From Psammoneis japonica (Eukaryota): a DNA stretch of 64,000 bases. Made by a program: the position numbers and the translations under genes. Shown piece after piece: positions 50,509 to 62,341 of the stretch. The stretch is taken from positions 248,001 to 312,000 of the forward strand of contig QPGO01000041.1 in assembly GCA_008632985.1 (NCBI GenBank). Direction: 5' to 3'. The notes under the pieces are model-generated. The model was given only the letters and a program-made list of their open reading frames with translations. It had not been told where the DNA came from and made no database searches. Numbering within the stretch: the first letter of the stretch is position 1; each line of letters begins with the position of its first letter.

Positions 50509-52138
50509 TCACTTGGACAAGGAATAAGCCATTCCAACCGACACAATCCCGCACCTGCCGCCAAGAGAACCCTACTTGTAGTGAATCGAATCGGTTTCTT
50601 CGCCTTTACATGTTCGATATTTCCATCGACAACTTGATACCCACTTTGCGAAAACAGACGGCTCTTTTCCGCATCCATACGTCCGCTAAGAATAATATCC
50701 TTCCAGAACTTTTGTACCTCCGTCACTACATTAGAGGAGCCGTCGTTTACATCACGCATCATTTCCTCCCGCATCTCCTTCGCCTTTTGTTTGTAGGAGT
50801 CGGCGTCGCCGGAATTCACAACTTTGGTGATTGCGTCCGCCAACTGTGAGGCTGACAGCTTTTGAAGACGAGTGTTTTTGAAACCAATGCCGTTGCCCAT
50901 TGTTTCAACCAGATGGGCGCTGTCGTACTGATCCAAAAAGACGGGCGTGACAATGGTTGGGACTCCTGATCGCAACGCCGCAGCAAGGGTTCCCTGCCCA
51001 CCGTGGTGAATGGTGCAAGAAACCTGCGTAAACAGTTTTTCATGGTTGGCTTCCTGAACAAACAAGATGTTTTCGCGTGCGTAGTCCACAAGATGCATGT
51101 CCTCGTCCTTGCAAGCCTCGACCAAAATCTCCGTGCTCAGGTTGGCAAATCCTCCCAAGACAATGCCACGTTGTTGGCTTTGATGCAGCGCACTAACGAC
51201 CAACTTGACCATGTGGGATGGCGATTTGCAGACCATGCTCCCCCAACCACAGTAAACAGGCTTGCGGGTGGGATCGGCCTGCAAGAATTTATCAATGGCG
51301 TCCTCACTGACCTGCTTCTTGGATGACAAATCGAGAACCGCGGGCCCAACAAACTTGAGAGTGGAAGGTATAGTTTCTTCCCCGTAGACTTGTGTCTTCC
51401 AAAATGATGGTTGAAGTAAAACACAAGAAAAGACGGGTTTCACGACTTCTTCAAAGAACGCGGATTTGCTCAAATGTCGGAGACTCCGATTTGTCCGGAA
51501 AGAATATCGTCCTCAGTCCTCGCTGCTGCGAGCTCCTTTGCTTTTACGTCCGCCATTTGAGTCGTCTTATAGAGCGAGGGTACAATCAAGCCCGTCAAGA
51601 GATAGTAATGTAGACCAAATGGAAGAGTTGGAAACCCGAAGCATGCGTGTTTCTTGGAGGTATATATGGGTACCAAGGTGTGGACGTGGATAAACGGAAT
51701 GTCGTAGAAAAACCACGCATAGGTTGCATAATACTCGCTGAGTGATCCACACATCATGAGCTGAATCTTGCTGTTTTCGGGTGCCTTTCGGTTGGCTTGC
51801 AAGAAGTCAAGAAATCTGCCAAGGATAAGCCCGGCTTTTTCTTCAGTGATATCGCCCAGCATCTTGAGAAAGCCTGCGGTATCTCCTTCCGCCATGGATT
51901 TCAAGACGCGCGGATCACTCTGGATCATTTCGCGTACATTGGAGAACATAGCATATACTCGAATGCCAAACTTTTCACAGAACTGCACATGATCTTCATT
52001 CGTCAAGATCGTCACGGAATGACCGGCTTTTTCCAGTGCCAGTGCCACAGCAATGTACGGCTGAATGTCACCTCGTGAACCGCCGGTGATGATGGCGATG
52101 TTTTTCAATTCTTTCTTCTGGTCTGCCATGGTCTTCAT
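50509..52138 (-). CDS. Sterol 3-beta-glucosyltransferase-like GT1/GT28 glycosyltransferase; apparent frameshifts near 51470 and 50548
   Basis: GGSRGDIQPYIAVA, PVYCGWGSM, IHHGGQGT, PVFLDQ. An alternative frame gives a C-terminal hydrophobic anchor IVSVGMAYSLSK*. Confidence 0.85.
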
Positions 52139-55100
52139 TCTTGCTTCTATGTTACGGCAGGGGAGAACTGCTTTAGTTTTGACCCGGGTGAACCTTTTGT
52201 TGAGACGAAAGTTGCAAGTTGCGAAGGATCTTGCTGTGAAAGGTTCAAACGGATGTATGAGAGATGCAGAGATGCACTAAGCACTGAGCATAGAGCATAC
52301 TACTCGTAGTACCATGCTGAGGTGGTGGCGATGTTTTGGTTGGTCGTCGGAGAGAATTTTTGGTGGCTTTTCACGAGCCAGCTTTTTTAGTCGTCCGAGT
52401 CGATACACCCCCCCTCCCCGCGTCCGCTTGCATCTTTCTTGATTCTTGCATGATGTGCAGGCATGTTGATGTGTGCGTTGTGTGTGGATCAACAATGCGC
52501 TGTCTTGCCAGCTTTGTGTTGTTGTGGTCATGGCATTTGCGCTCAAATGCACCCTCAATGTCCCCACAGTCATGGCAGCACACTGCGGCTCTTGGGATGA
52601 CAGCCAAGCTCTCCTGTGTTGTTTGGTGAGCTGCTTTTGCTGGAAACCCATTGTTGTGTTGCACTGGTTGAATGGAGTCTAAAATTTGTCACAAGAATGG
52701 GGCAAAGACTCCATTTCTGAAAACACCCTTTCATGCACATTCTGGAGTCTTTTTGCACAGCTTCAGCGCAGCAGGTGCCACGCCGCTCTCTGCCTTGAGT
52801 CCATGTCTGTTGGTCTGTCACATTGTGCCAGGGTCGCATGCAGGCGATGTGTTCTGGTGCTCTTGTGGATGGATGGAGCATCTGCCACCAGGAATTTAAA
52901 ACACACACACAAGTCAAAAAATTTTCCATGAGGGTCATGGATTCAATGTGTGATTTCAAATCCACCTCCTGCCAGTGCGGCAACAATCCACTTTCTGACC
53001 ATGAGCACCATGGCACATGGCACTTGAGTCATTTCAAGAGTGCACCACAGTGCTTTCCTCCCACATTTGGCCATCTTCAATGAATGGTTGGATTGCAAAG
53101 CACTTCATTGACAGACAAGAGAGCTCTCGTTCCTTGATTTGAGCTCAGCGATTGCACAGAATGAAGAGATGGACCCCAGCTGATCCATTGCTCTGTCTTG
53201 GAAGCTCACATCCCTCAAAGCATCAGCTTGGGGTCATTCTTTCATCCCTGTTTCATGTGGTGAGCAATCCATTCTAGCCACCTGCAATGATTCAAATGAC
53301 CCACCAACAAGCTTGGAGGAGATGGACGAGACAAGTTTCAACCAAGAGATGTGTCACTCCACCAATGTGCATGTGGTGGATCCCCCAAGGGGTGTCCATG
53401 TTAGAGGACATGCTTGTGGCAAAAGCTGATGATCCATTTTTGTCCTGCATTGCTTCTGTGCAATGAAGAGAACAGAAAGTCCACAAGCCCCACAAACAAA
53501 GGTGTGAGCTGAGCAGGTGCATGTTCTTGAAATTTGCTGCATTTTTGGTGGCTCCTTGATTCTCTTCAATGCCATTGCAGAGAATCAACTCCAGTTTTGA
53601 CATGCCCAAACCAACTGCAAATGCGCACTTTCTGACTTCTCTCTTCTTTTCATTGGGAGCAGCACAAAAACTGCAGTTGCCAACAACTGTGGTGGTCTTC
53701 TGATGCAATTGCTTGCACAAGTGCTCCTTGATCACCACCTCCTCTCTCCTCCTTGTGGGTGTCATTTTGCTGATGCTGCTTCAGGCTCACATCAGAAGTG
53801 GCTTTTTCTGTGAGACATGGTTTGCTTTTTTGTGATTTTCTGTTTCAGCTGCAATGTTGGCAACTTTGATTGAGGATGCTGTGATCATGGGTCAAAAAAG
53901 ATGCAGGACACCTTGGATGACAATGCTGTGCTTGTTTGTTGACACCCCTGAATGCCCCAGTTGCAGCGTCAGCTTTTTTTTTCATTTTTGTGCTGACAGT
54001 GTTGTCCCAGCAGCCTTGATGAGAGAACAAAATGTGTTTGACACAAGGGTGTGTCATTGGTCAAAGCCACATGCTGAGTGCCAGCAATTCATCCCAAGCA
54101 ACAGTGTCAGATGTGTCTTTTTTTTCAAGTTGCTGGATGCAAGGACACTGGGGGACCTCAAAACCAATCCCGATCCTCTCACAAAAAATGCCGGTGCACT
54201 TTTGCAAACTGGTGCATGATCAAAATGACAAAAATGCCATGTGTGATGAGCATCCACGAACAATTCTGACCATGAAACAACCATGGATTGGCCTGGAAAG
54301 TGGCGCATTGTTGAGCGTGTCAACAGACTTCTGTGTCCACCATTTGTTGCTGTGTTTTCAATGGTGGTTCCTTGGGCAGGTGCACATTTTGGGACTCCTG
54401 TTGAGGAGTTTTGTTCACAATGACATGTCCCACCATTCATTTCAAAGCACCATTCATTTCCTTTGATCACCCTTTCTCATGTTTTTCTTGTTTTCTCTCT
54501 CTTTCTCTATTTTCCACATGACTGGTTGGTGTTTTGGCAGGCTGCATCTGCATCATGTTTCCTTCTTTTCCAGCCCCTGGGTGTGCACTGCATTTGTTCA
54601 GAAGGCACTTTTCTCAGTGGCACAAGACACCACTCTTTCAATGTTTGAAACCAAGTCTTTGTTTTGGCAACCCTTTGGCCCATGACTCCTTTTTTCTGGC
54701 TCTTGATGAGGTTTCCTGCAAGTCCAGCAAGAGAAGCCCTTGCTCCAAGCTCTTTAGACAAGCTTGTTTTGGACTCTGTTTTTTGCAACAATGGACTCAC
54801 CTGAACTCTGTGTCTGCCTTCTTCTCTCTGTCCTTGTGATTTTGTGGCATGTTGCTTGTTGATGTGATGCTGGGTGGCGCTTTTGGTTTGTGTCATGTTG
54901 ACATTGAGCAATGAACAGCTGCACAAAGGAAACATGCTCGTGAGTTGTCATTTGACAAAAAAATTCTGCTTCTGGGACAATGCTTCCATGTTGCCTTGCG
55001 GATGTTCTCAGATTTTGCAGAAAAAGTGCTTGGTGCCAACTGACACACATGGCAATGTGCCTTGCAGACTGTGCTGATGTTCATTGTTTGGTTCATTGCA

Positions 55101-55402
55101 CAGATTTGTTGAGAAACAGAGTGGCGCCAGGTTCATTTGCATGTCATTTTTTGATGATGTGTTCATCAGAGGTGCATGGGTGGTCTTGTCATCCGCGCAT
55201 GTGCTTCCTTGTGCACAACCAATGTGCGAATGACAAAACAATTTGTGCACCTCTGGTGTTCATTGCATGTCACAAGAGTTTTGATGTTTCCCATGGCAGG
55301 CATGCAGGAATCCAAGGTTTCCCTCTGGAGTCATGCTCACCACGTGCTCTGACCCCTCTCATTCTTCTCCAAAGCCAGACTTTTTTAAATTGCAGACTCT
55401 GT

Positions 55403-55655
55403 CAAGTTGAGGATTGAAGCCGCACAAATGAGCATCAAGTTCTGCACGCGCACATGAAGAGCAGAAAAACAGGGTTTGTCAAGTGGAAATCAGTGTGGTC
55501 AAAACCAGCGGTGCCATGGGAGCTGGTGCCGCTTGGGTGGGTTTCCTCCCACTGACAACCAGTGCACTTTCTGAGTTTGCAAACCCTGTTTTTCTGCTCT
55601 TCATGCATGTGCATGGAACTTGATGCTCATTCAAGTGGCTTCATTCCTCAACTTG
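55403..55655. mobile_element. MITE-like element with ~76-bp terminal inverted repeats
   Basis: 55403-55478 CAAGTTGAGG...GAAGAGCAGAAAAACAGGGTTTG is the reverse complement of 55580-55655, with mismatches mainly at TG/CA/CG. Confidence 0.8.
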
Positions 55656-57179
55656 TCATGGAACTGAAGCCTGCCACCTCCATGTCTTTGCACCACAGGT
55701 GAGCAAGAGCTGTTGCAACAACAAAGACAGTTCAATCCCAGTCACAGAGAATCATTTGTTGACTGTGCTGCATGGTTTCAAAGGCTGCATCTGTGCATGA
55801 GAGAATGGCATGGCAGCTGGCCACAACAACAAGAGCACAACTTGGTGATGGCAAAATTGAATTTGCCATTTTGACGACTTTGACCTCAGAAAGTTGCACA
55901 TTGCCTCCTGGGCAAAGAGGCATGGGTTGCCAACCACATGAGAACTTGCTTCCTGAGCAAGGGGGCAGAAAGCCAAAGATGTCAAGCTGCCAATCTGGGC
56001 ACTCTTTGGAGCTCTTCTTTGTCTGTGTGCCAAAATCATCAGATGGGCCACCATGCATCCTGCCATGCATTTTGAAATGAGGAGGGTCAGAGTGCTTCTT
56101 TGCTGCCATCTCAAGCATCTGCAAGTCATCTGCACAATCAATGTCTCTTCTCACTGAGAGAGAATGAGAGATGGAAGCTCATCTTGTCAGCCACAGTCAT
56201 TTTCCCCTTTGTTTGCCACTGGGCAGAAAAAGCACTGGCAAGAAACACAAAAACAATGGGGTGCAAAAAACTTTGTTTTTGTCAATCAGTGTTCAACAAC
56301 ATCCCAATCCATCAAACAGGAAATTATGAAGAAAGCATCAACACTGAGAGAGAGTGTGTGTGCACTGGCAATGGCATCAGGCAGCATGTTGAAATGCCAG
56401 CAGCACACCAATGCTCTGGAGGGCACCCGCACAATGACAGAGGGGCATGCAATGAGAACAAGAAACAGCAACAACACCACAACCAACAAAATCAAAACAC
56501 ACATGCACAAATGAATGACCCCCTCCCAAAAAACCAATGTCGGCACACACGAAACTCCCCACAATGTCAACCATGCAACTGGAACCTGCTGTCTCCACAG
56601 AGCCTGCTGCACGAATGTGTCTCTGCATGCAGGGCACAAAGTGAACTCTTGGACACAGCACTCACCATGGTTTGGCAGACATTGTTCTTTGGTTGATGAA
56701 AATGAACAAGCCATCTTTTTTGTCAGAGGGATGGCCAAATTTGTGATGTCAAATGGAGGTGAAAGGGCGGGGCTGCTGTTGTGAGGATTTTCAAATTTGT
56801 TTTTCCAATGCAGAGCAAAATGTTGGGAAGCAGCATTGTGAAGTGCAAGTTTCTGCACAATTTGATTGTGGAAGGTCCAATGAATGTGCAGCACAAGAAG
56901 CACAATGAAAGGAAGCTTCTTTCCGGCCAGCAGGAACAACAAAATCAGGCCACAACAAATGAGCACCAACACACAATCATCCCAGCCTGCTCATTGTCTC
57001 CAACCATCAGCAAGTGCCAGTCACAGTGGAAGGGGCAACTCATGCAAGCCGCCTGACATGCAGGGTGGGTGCCAGGTGCCAGAAGAAATGGCGGCAGCAG
57101 CAAAAACAAGAGAGAGAAAATGAGTGACCCCCTCCCTGAGCTTGGCATTTTGAAAACGGAAAGTCCATTGTCGGCACAA

Positions 57180-58400
57180 TCAGATTTCAACAAACCACTG
57201 CTGAAAATGTGCCTCCATCATTTTTGAAGCATCTTCCTCCTTCACAATGATCTTCTTCCCCTTGTTCAGGACATTTCCTTCAAAGGGTTGCTTTTCCAGC
57301 TTGTCCAACTTGCCCTTTGGCATCACAAAAATTGCATGGCAAGGTGCCCGCGTTGCGCTGATGCCTTCCATGTAATTTGTGATCTGACAGGCCCGCCATT
57401 CTTTGGCAGGTGTTTTGCATCGGCAATCGTCACCTGCAGAGGATGCAAAACTCCATCCATGTGGAAGCAGCGGAAATCACACGTGGGAAAATTGGCTGTT
57501 GTGGGCCACACCAATGCACGGGCACCATGCTCCATCCATTGTCTGTTGCAAGACCTCTCCACAAGGGACTGTGCACTTGGACAAAGTGCTGCAATTGAGC
57601 ACCACAGCATCACCCAACTGTGGTGCAATGATCAACTTGGATGCCTGGCCTTCCAAGCCTTGCAGCAAAAACGTCCCTCCCCCTGGAAAATGATGGATGG
57701 CATGTGCTTCAAACAAGGCACCAGCATGACCTTCCGCTCCTGGCAGAGACCTTGTCATGTTGGTGGTTTCTTTCAGCTTGCACAGAGTTTCCTTGTGGAG
57801 CTTCTGGGAGATGCATGCCTCGGCGTGCCAGGAGACCAAGTCATGAGAAATGTTGCCATCATGCTTGAAAGATTGGCCAGCATTTTTGGACGGTTCCCAT
57901 CAAACCAGTGCATGCACCACAACTCTTTCCATCTCCTTGTCTGTCTGCTGCATGGCCACCATGGTGCAAAGGTTGCTTGGGTTTGCTGCTTTTGCAGAAT
58001 TGTCAACCTTCTTCTTTGCCAGTCCTTTGTCAAAAATGCAGCAAACAACTCCATTCACATGGTCAAAATTGTCACTCACACAGCCTTTGTCTCTGTGCCA
58101 AGTGAGTTGCCCAATTTGTTTGCCTTGCTGCATGACCAAGTTGGCATGCATGGGTCTCGATGGAATGCCACAGCATCAAAAAGGTTTTTGGTGCAAACGC
58201 TTGGAGAGGCTGCCACAACAATCACTCCGCAGAAGTTCTCAACAGAAAAGCTCATGGAGCACCCATCTGTGAACATGGCATCAAGCTTTGACAAATGACC
58301 AACCTCTGTCTTTCTTGAATCTCTCATCAACATCACACATCCACCTCTCTTGCGTGCAGATGACTCCACTGCTCTCGAATCTCAGTGAGAGCCAAGATGA
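57180..58400 (-). pseudogene. Decayed Crinkler/RHS-like (NTPase + PD-(D/E)XK nuclease) gene
   Basis: Fragments VIVVAASP...(Y)MPTWS; LVWPTTANFPT(Y)DF...PLQVTIA..KH; (Y)AIFVMP...KQ...QQWFVEI*, resembling CRN/RHS C-termini. Recognised from memory of the family only. Confidence 0.6.
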
Positions 58401-58774
58401 CCTCAAGACCTCAATGTGATGGATTCAGGGGGGTGCTGTCATGAGCTTTGTCATCACAGTCATCACAATTGCAGCTTTCTTGTTGTCTCTCATCATTGTC
58501 CCAATTGTCACAATCACAATCATCATCTCCACACATCAACATGATTTCATCTTCTGGAGTGCAGCTTCTGCTGTGCATCACAAATGTTGCAATTTTTTGT
58601 GAGAATGCACACGAACACTCGCTTGCACAAAGCATGCTGTTAGACTGCACCCTGGAAGAAGTGCAACACACAGCTGCCAATGAGAGTCAATGTATCACGG
58701 CGACGTGTTGCAGCCTTTAAATGTCACAAAGGGCGTGACAAAATAACCTTTTGTCTGCATGCACACTGCATTGT

Positions 58775-58848
58775 GAATTCACAGCGGAGTGGTACATCGT
58801 AACCACACTGGGCAGGAGGCCAGGGGTTCGAAACCCGAGTGGGAGTTG
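58775..58848 (+). promoter_or_regulatory. tRNA-derived Pol III A-box/B-box module
   Basis: A-box CAGCGGAGTGG (58782-92) and B-box GGTTCGAAACC (58825-35) at tRNA-like spacing; no good cloverleaf. Confidence 0.55.
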
Positions 58849-59091
58849 TCTGCAGCAACGTTGATCACTGTCGAACGCGTAAAACTCTGTGCAGTTCTGT
58901 GTGTTCCTTCGTACGCACCCACACTGTTCCGCCAAAACCGTGCAGTGTCAGTGCACGTTAGCAAAGAGCCGCATGGACGCGTGACACATGGGGAGGAGTG
59001 CAACACACAGCTGCTAATGAGAGTCAATGCATCACGGCGACGTGTTACAGCCTTTAAATGTCACAAAGGTTGTTTTTGTCACGCCCTTTGT

Positions 59092-60103
59092 GCACGCGAT
59101 CTACGTTGCGTAGAAAGATCAGGAGTGTCTCGCGTGCAGCCGTAGAAAGGTGCGGAGTGCCCATCTCGTGCGTTGGACCATCCGGATCAGCAGGGTTGTT
59201 GCGCAGCTTGAACGTCTGGTGCTCGCCCTGCTGCAGCTCTTTCTTCTCCGGCCGGCTCAACCCGCTTCTTCATGGTCGTTTTAAGATTTGTCGGTCCTGC
59301 CAACATTTCGCAGTTTCGTTTCTGCAGATTTCGTCACCTCGCACAACATGCGGGAGTGACATTGCTGTGCCCCATGCACGTGCCAGGCACTGAAAAAAAG
59401 AGATGTGTTGCGACTTTGTCGCTGTGAAAATTGTGAGCCAGTTTGGAGCAGAGAAAATGGGATCGTGCGAATGGGGAATCTTGCCAAATCCCCATTCGCT
59501 CGCATTTCGATCGTGTCAAATCGATCGTGCGCTCGCATTGTGGATCGTGCGAATCAAGCCATCACGCGCCATGCACGAGTGATGTCATTGTGTGGAATCA
59601 CGCTGCCATCGTGGGCCAGACGACGGGCTGGTGTGCTCCACACGGACGCTCTCTTGGCATCCTTCTGGATTTGCCCAAGACCCAGAGCCACGCCCTCCTG
59701 TGGTCGTGCTTCCCAGGCACGTGTTGACAATGCCACGTTGCCACGCACAAGAGGCTCATGCACGGTCTCGCTGTGTTGTCCAGCAGTGAGGCACACTGCA
59801 CACTCCCCCATGATCAGGGCCGTCAAGTGACAGAATGTCTTGCTGGTGACAGGGTGCAATCTGCCGCAGATCACACGCACCCATCAGCGCTCCGTTCTGG
59901 GTGCGCAACGTGCCGTTGTCACACATGCGGACAACTCTGGCGGGTCCTGCGCAGCTGTCAGAACCGCGTTTAGAGGATTGTTCCTGTTTGATGAGTGCCA
60001 ATTGCCCTGCGGCACATTGGCGCTCCTTGCGTTTCTGATTTTCACGCTTGTTGTTCAAGTGGATGAGCTTCTGCTTTCTGGTTTCTATGTGCTTCCACTT
60101 GGC
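59092..60103 (-). mobile_element. Gypsy fragment: integrase C-terminus, PPT, single LTR (~59442-59800), PBS, gag N-terminus
   Basis: KWKHIETRKQKLIHLNNKRENQKR...GP..V...DNGTL; ATGGGGGAGTG|TGCA; TGG PBS near 59440; RPEKKEL..GEHQTFKLRNNPADPDGPT. Confidence 0.8.
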
Positions 60104-62341
60104 ACGGTCGAACGCGCAAAACTCTGTGCAGTTCTGCATGTTCCTTCGTGCGCACCCACACTGTTCCACCAAAACTGTGCAGTGTCAGCACACATGAGCG
60201 CAGGTCATGTGACACATGGGGAGGAGTGCAACATGCAGCCACTGACAAGAGCCAGTGTGTCACGGCGACGTGTTGCAGCCTTCAAATGTCACAAAGGGCG
60301 TGACAAAATAACCTTTTGTCTGTGTGCATGCTGCAGAAGCCTGGACAGCTCAAATTTTGTTGTTGATTTGTCACCTGATGCCTTGATTTCATCCATGTGC
60401 CAACCACCATTGCTTGGACAGCAAAGAGAAGAGCTTGAACAGCAAGCAAAGAGACAAGCACCATGCAGCAGCATGCTTTGCAATGGCATCTGTTGCTGCT
60501 TTTGTTTTTGAAAATGATTTGGTGAAAAACTGTGTTGGCTTCTGTCAACTTCTTTCAAAATGCTGCTTGATGATGTTCTCAAACAGCACAAGAACAAATG
60601 CTTGCTTTTTAAAAGCTCAAAAGTGAAAGCAACACAAGCACAGCTTCCTGCTGATTGCTCCAGACTTGGGTGGCACACACACGCATGCCCATTTTTGCAC
60701 AAAAACAAAAATTTTATGATGTGTTCATTGCAACAAATTTCTGCATTTTGCGTGTCATGTTCATGACTGAAGCTTGAATGAACAAGAAAAAGGAAAACAA
60801 AAACACAGTCCTCGTGGCTGTCAGCAGCCATGACGGTTCCCTGCTTTCAACCTCATGGACAATTGAGCAGCATCATGAGGACCACATTGTTCGATGCAGT
60901 TGACACATGAACCACATGTGATGAAAAACAATTGCTGCAGTCTGTGGCACACTTTTGCACTTCACCATGGTGACCACAGCTTTCAGAAGCAACAGCCTGC
61001 ATCACTTTGTGCCAGAGTTGATGCTGAGAACCATTGCTTTTCTTTTGTCAAGCAAATCATCAACATCAAGCAAGCAGCAGGAAAGGGTCTGAAGTCAGGC
61101 AGCGCCATTGTGGTGCCAACATTTTTGTTGTGCATCGTTGCACAATTTGCTGCTCAACAGATGTGTTGACAAAACCGTTGAATTGCAAGCATCCAGCTGC
61201 ATTGATGAAAACAATTGCCACATCTTTCATGTCTTTGTTCACACAAAAGAACATTTGTGCATGTTTTGTGCAGGCACCTTCATGTGGCACAAGTTGCTCA
61301 AGGAAAAATTGAGCTCTCATCTTGCGGCACCATTTGGCAACAACACAAACTTGCTTGGCCAAGCTTCAGAGACAATGATGCTGGCATGCACACGAGACTT
61401 TTTTGCACACACACATGTGTCTGCTTTTTTGCTGTCAAAAATTGTGCCACAAGTTCGGGTCGTGCATTTGATGTGAAAATGGGCTTTTTTTTTTTGCGCA
61501 CGCGTGCACCTGAGTCTGGAGCAAATCTGAAGAAGATGATGAAAAGAGAGACGCCATGTTGGGCCTGTTCCAGCTCCAGGTGATCTGCTTTTCATCATGC
61601 AAGAGGCAGATTTTTTGCACAGTTTGGCACACTGAACTCCTTCAATTTTGATCATTTCGAAAATCAAAAGGCAAGTGCACACCCAAAAATGCATGTGAAG
61701 TGCACACTCACCCTTCGATTTGGCAAAAAACGGATTTGGAAAAAGTCAATTGCGCCAAACCCAAAAATGGGCAAATGATGGGAATCGAACCCACACGGAT
61801 GAGCACCTGGAGCTGGAACAGGCCGTTGGCATGATGACCAAAAGACATGCGATCTTGCACACAATCAGTGTTGGGCAAATGTCAATGACACATGATTGCC
61901 AATTTTCACTGTTTCAAAGACATGGCTCACTTCAACAAAACACATCTTGCAATGACTTCTTGCGAGCAGCACAAGAAGGTGCTCAGCTGCGCAGATGCAC
62001 CAATGACATCTCGATCATCATGTGGCCCGCACATGTTCTGGCATGTTTTGTGCAGGAAACTCTGTGGTGTGCGTGTTGAGCCAAATCCGCAAGAGCACCG
62101 GAACACATTTTTCGCCACCGTCTGTCTGAATTCAGCCGGCGGTGCGGTCGACGCACAGACACTCACGATGGAGAGTTCGCTTGCTCGCTCGCCATCGCGC
62201 GCTCTTGCAAGGCCTTCACGTCCGTCCGCCTCCCGTCATATCCTGTTTTGCTCGTTCTTTTTGAGAAAGTTTGAGCGAGACGCGAGACGCCATGACGGCG
62301 ACTCGTAGGGCCCAGCGTATGTTGTTGAGCAAGCTGGCAGC

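Larger units (their letters stand above)
58662..60335 (+). mobile_element. Composite TRIM-like non-autonomous LTR element with 109-bp LTRs
   Basis: LTRs 58662-58770 and 60227-60335 (TGCA...TGCA); TSD GAAG on both sides; PPT GGGGAGGAG before the right LTR and before a partial internal LTR copy at 58999. Confidence 0.85.
52420..62200. other. Hypermutated block 5
   Basis: TA depletion throughout; CG depletion except in the 58700-60300 insert and at the edges. Confidence 0.85.

Noticed and set aside
1135..52138. Frameshifts in UTP18, the GH36 gene, chlG and the glucosyltransferase as pseudogenisation or programmed frameshifting
   Set aside because: Small indels in otherwise intact genes, including essential UTP18, plus an N at ~32128, point to consensus errors in a draft assembly. 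Read or RNA-seq mapping would settle it.
52600..55300. Possible DNA transposase remnants here and at 35800-38400 and 60400-61500
   Set aside because: No motif could be recognised with enough confidence to name a family.
58775..58848. Functional tRNA gene
   Set aside because: Acceptor and anticodon stems do not pair convincingly, and it sits inside a mobile element.
7880..62200. Classical fungal RIP or APOBEC/ADAR editing of retro-intermediates as the cause of the bias
   Set aside because: RIP raises TpA. Editing of RNA/cDNA intermediates would be strand-biased, shared between LTRs, and would not affect MITEs or non-retro sequence.
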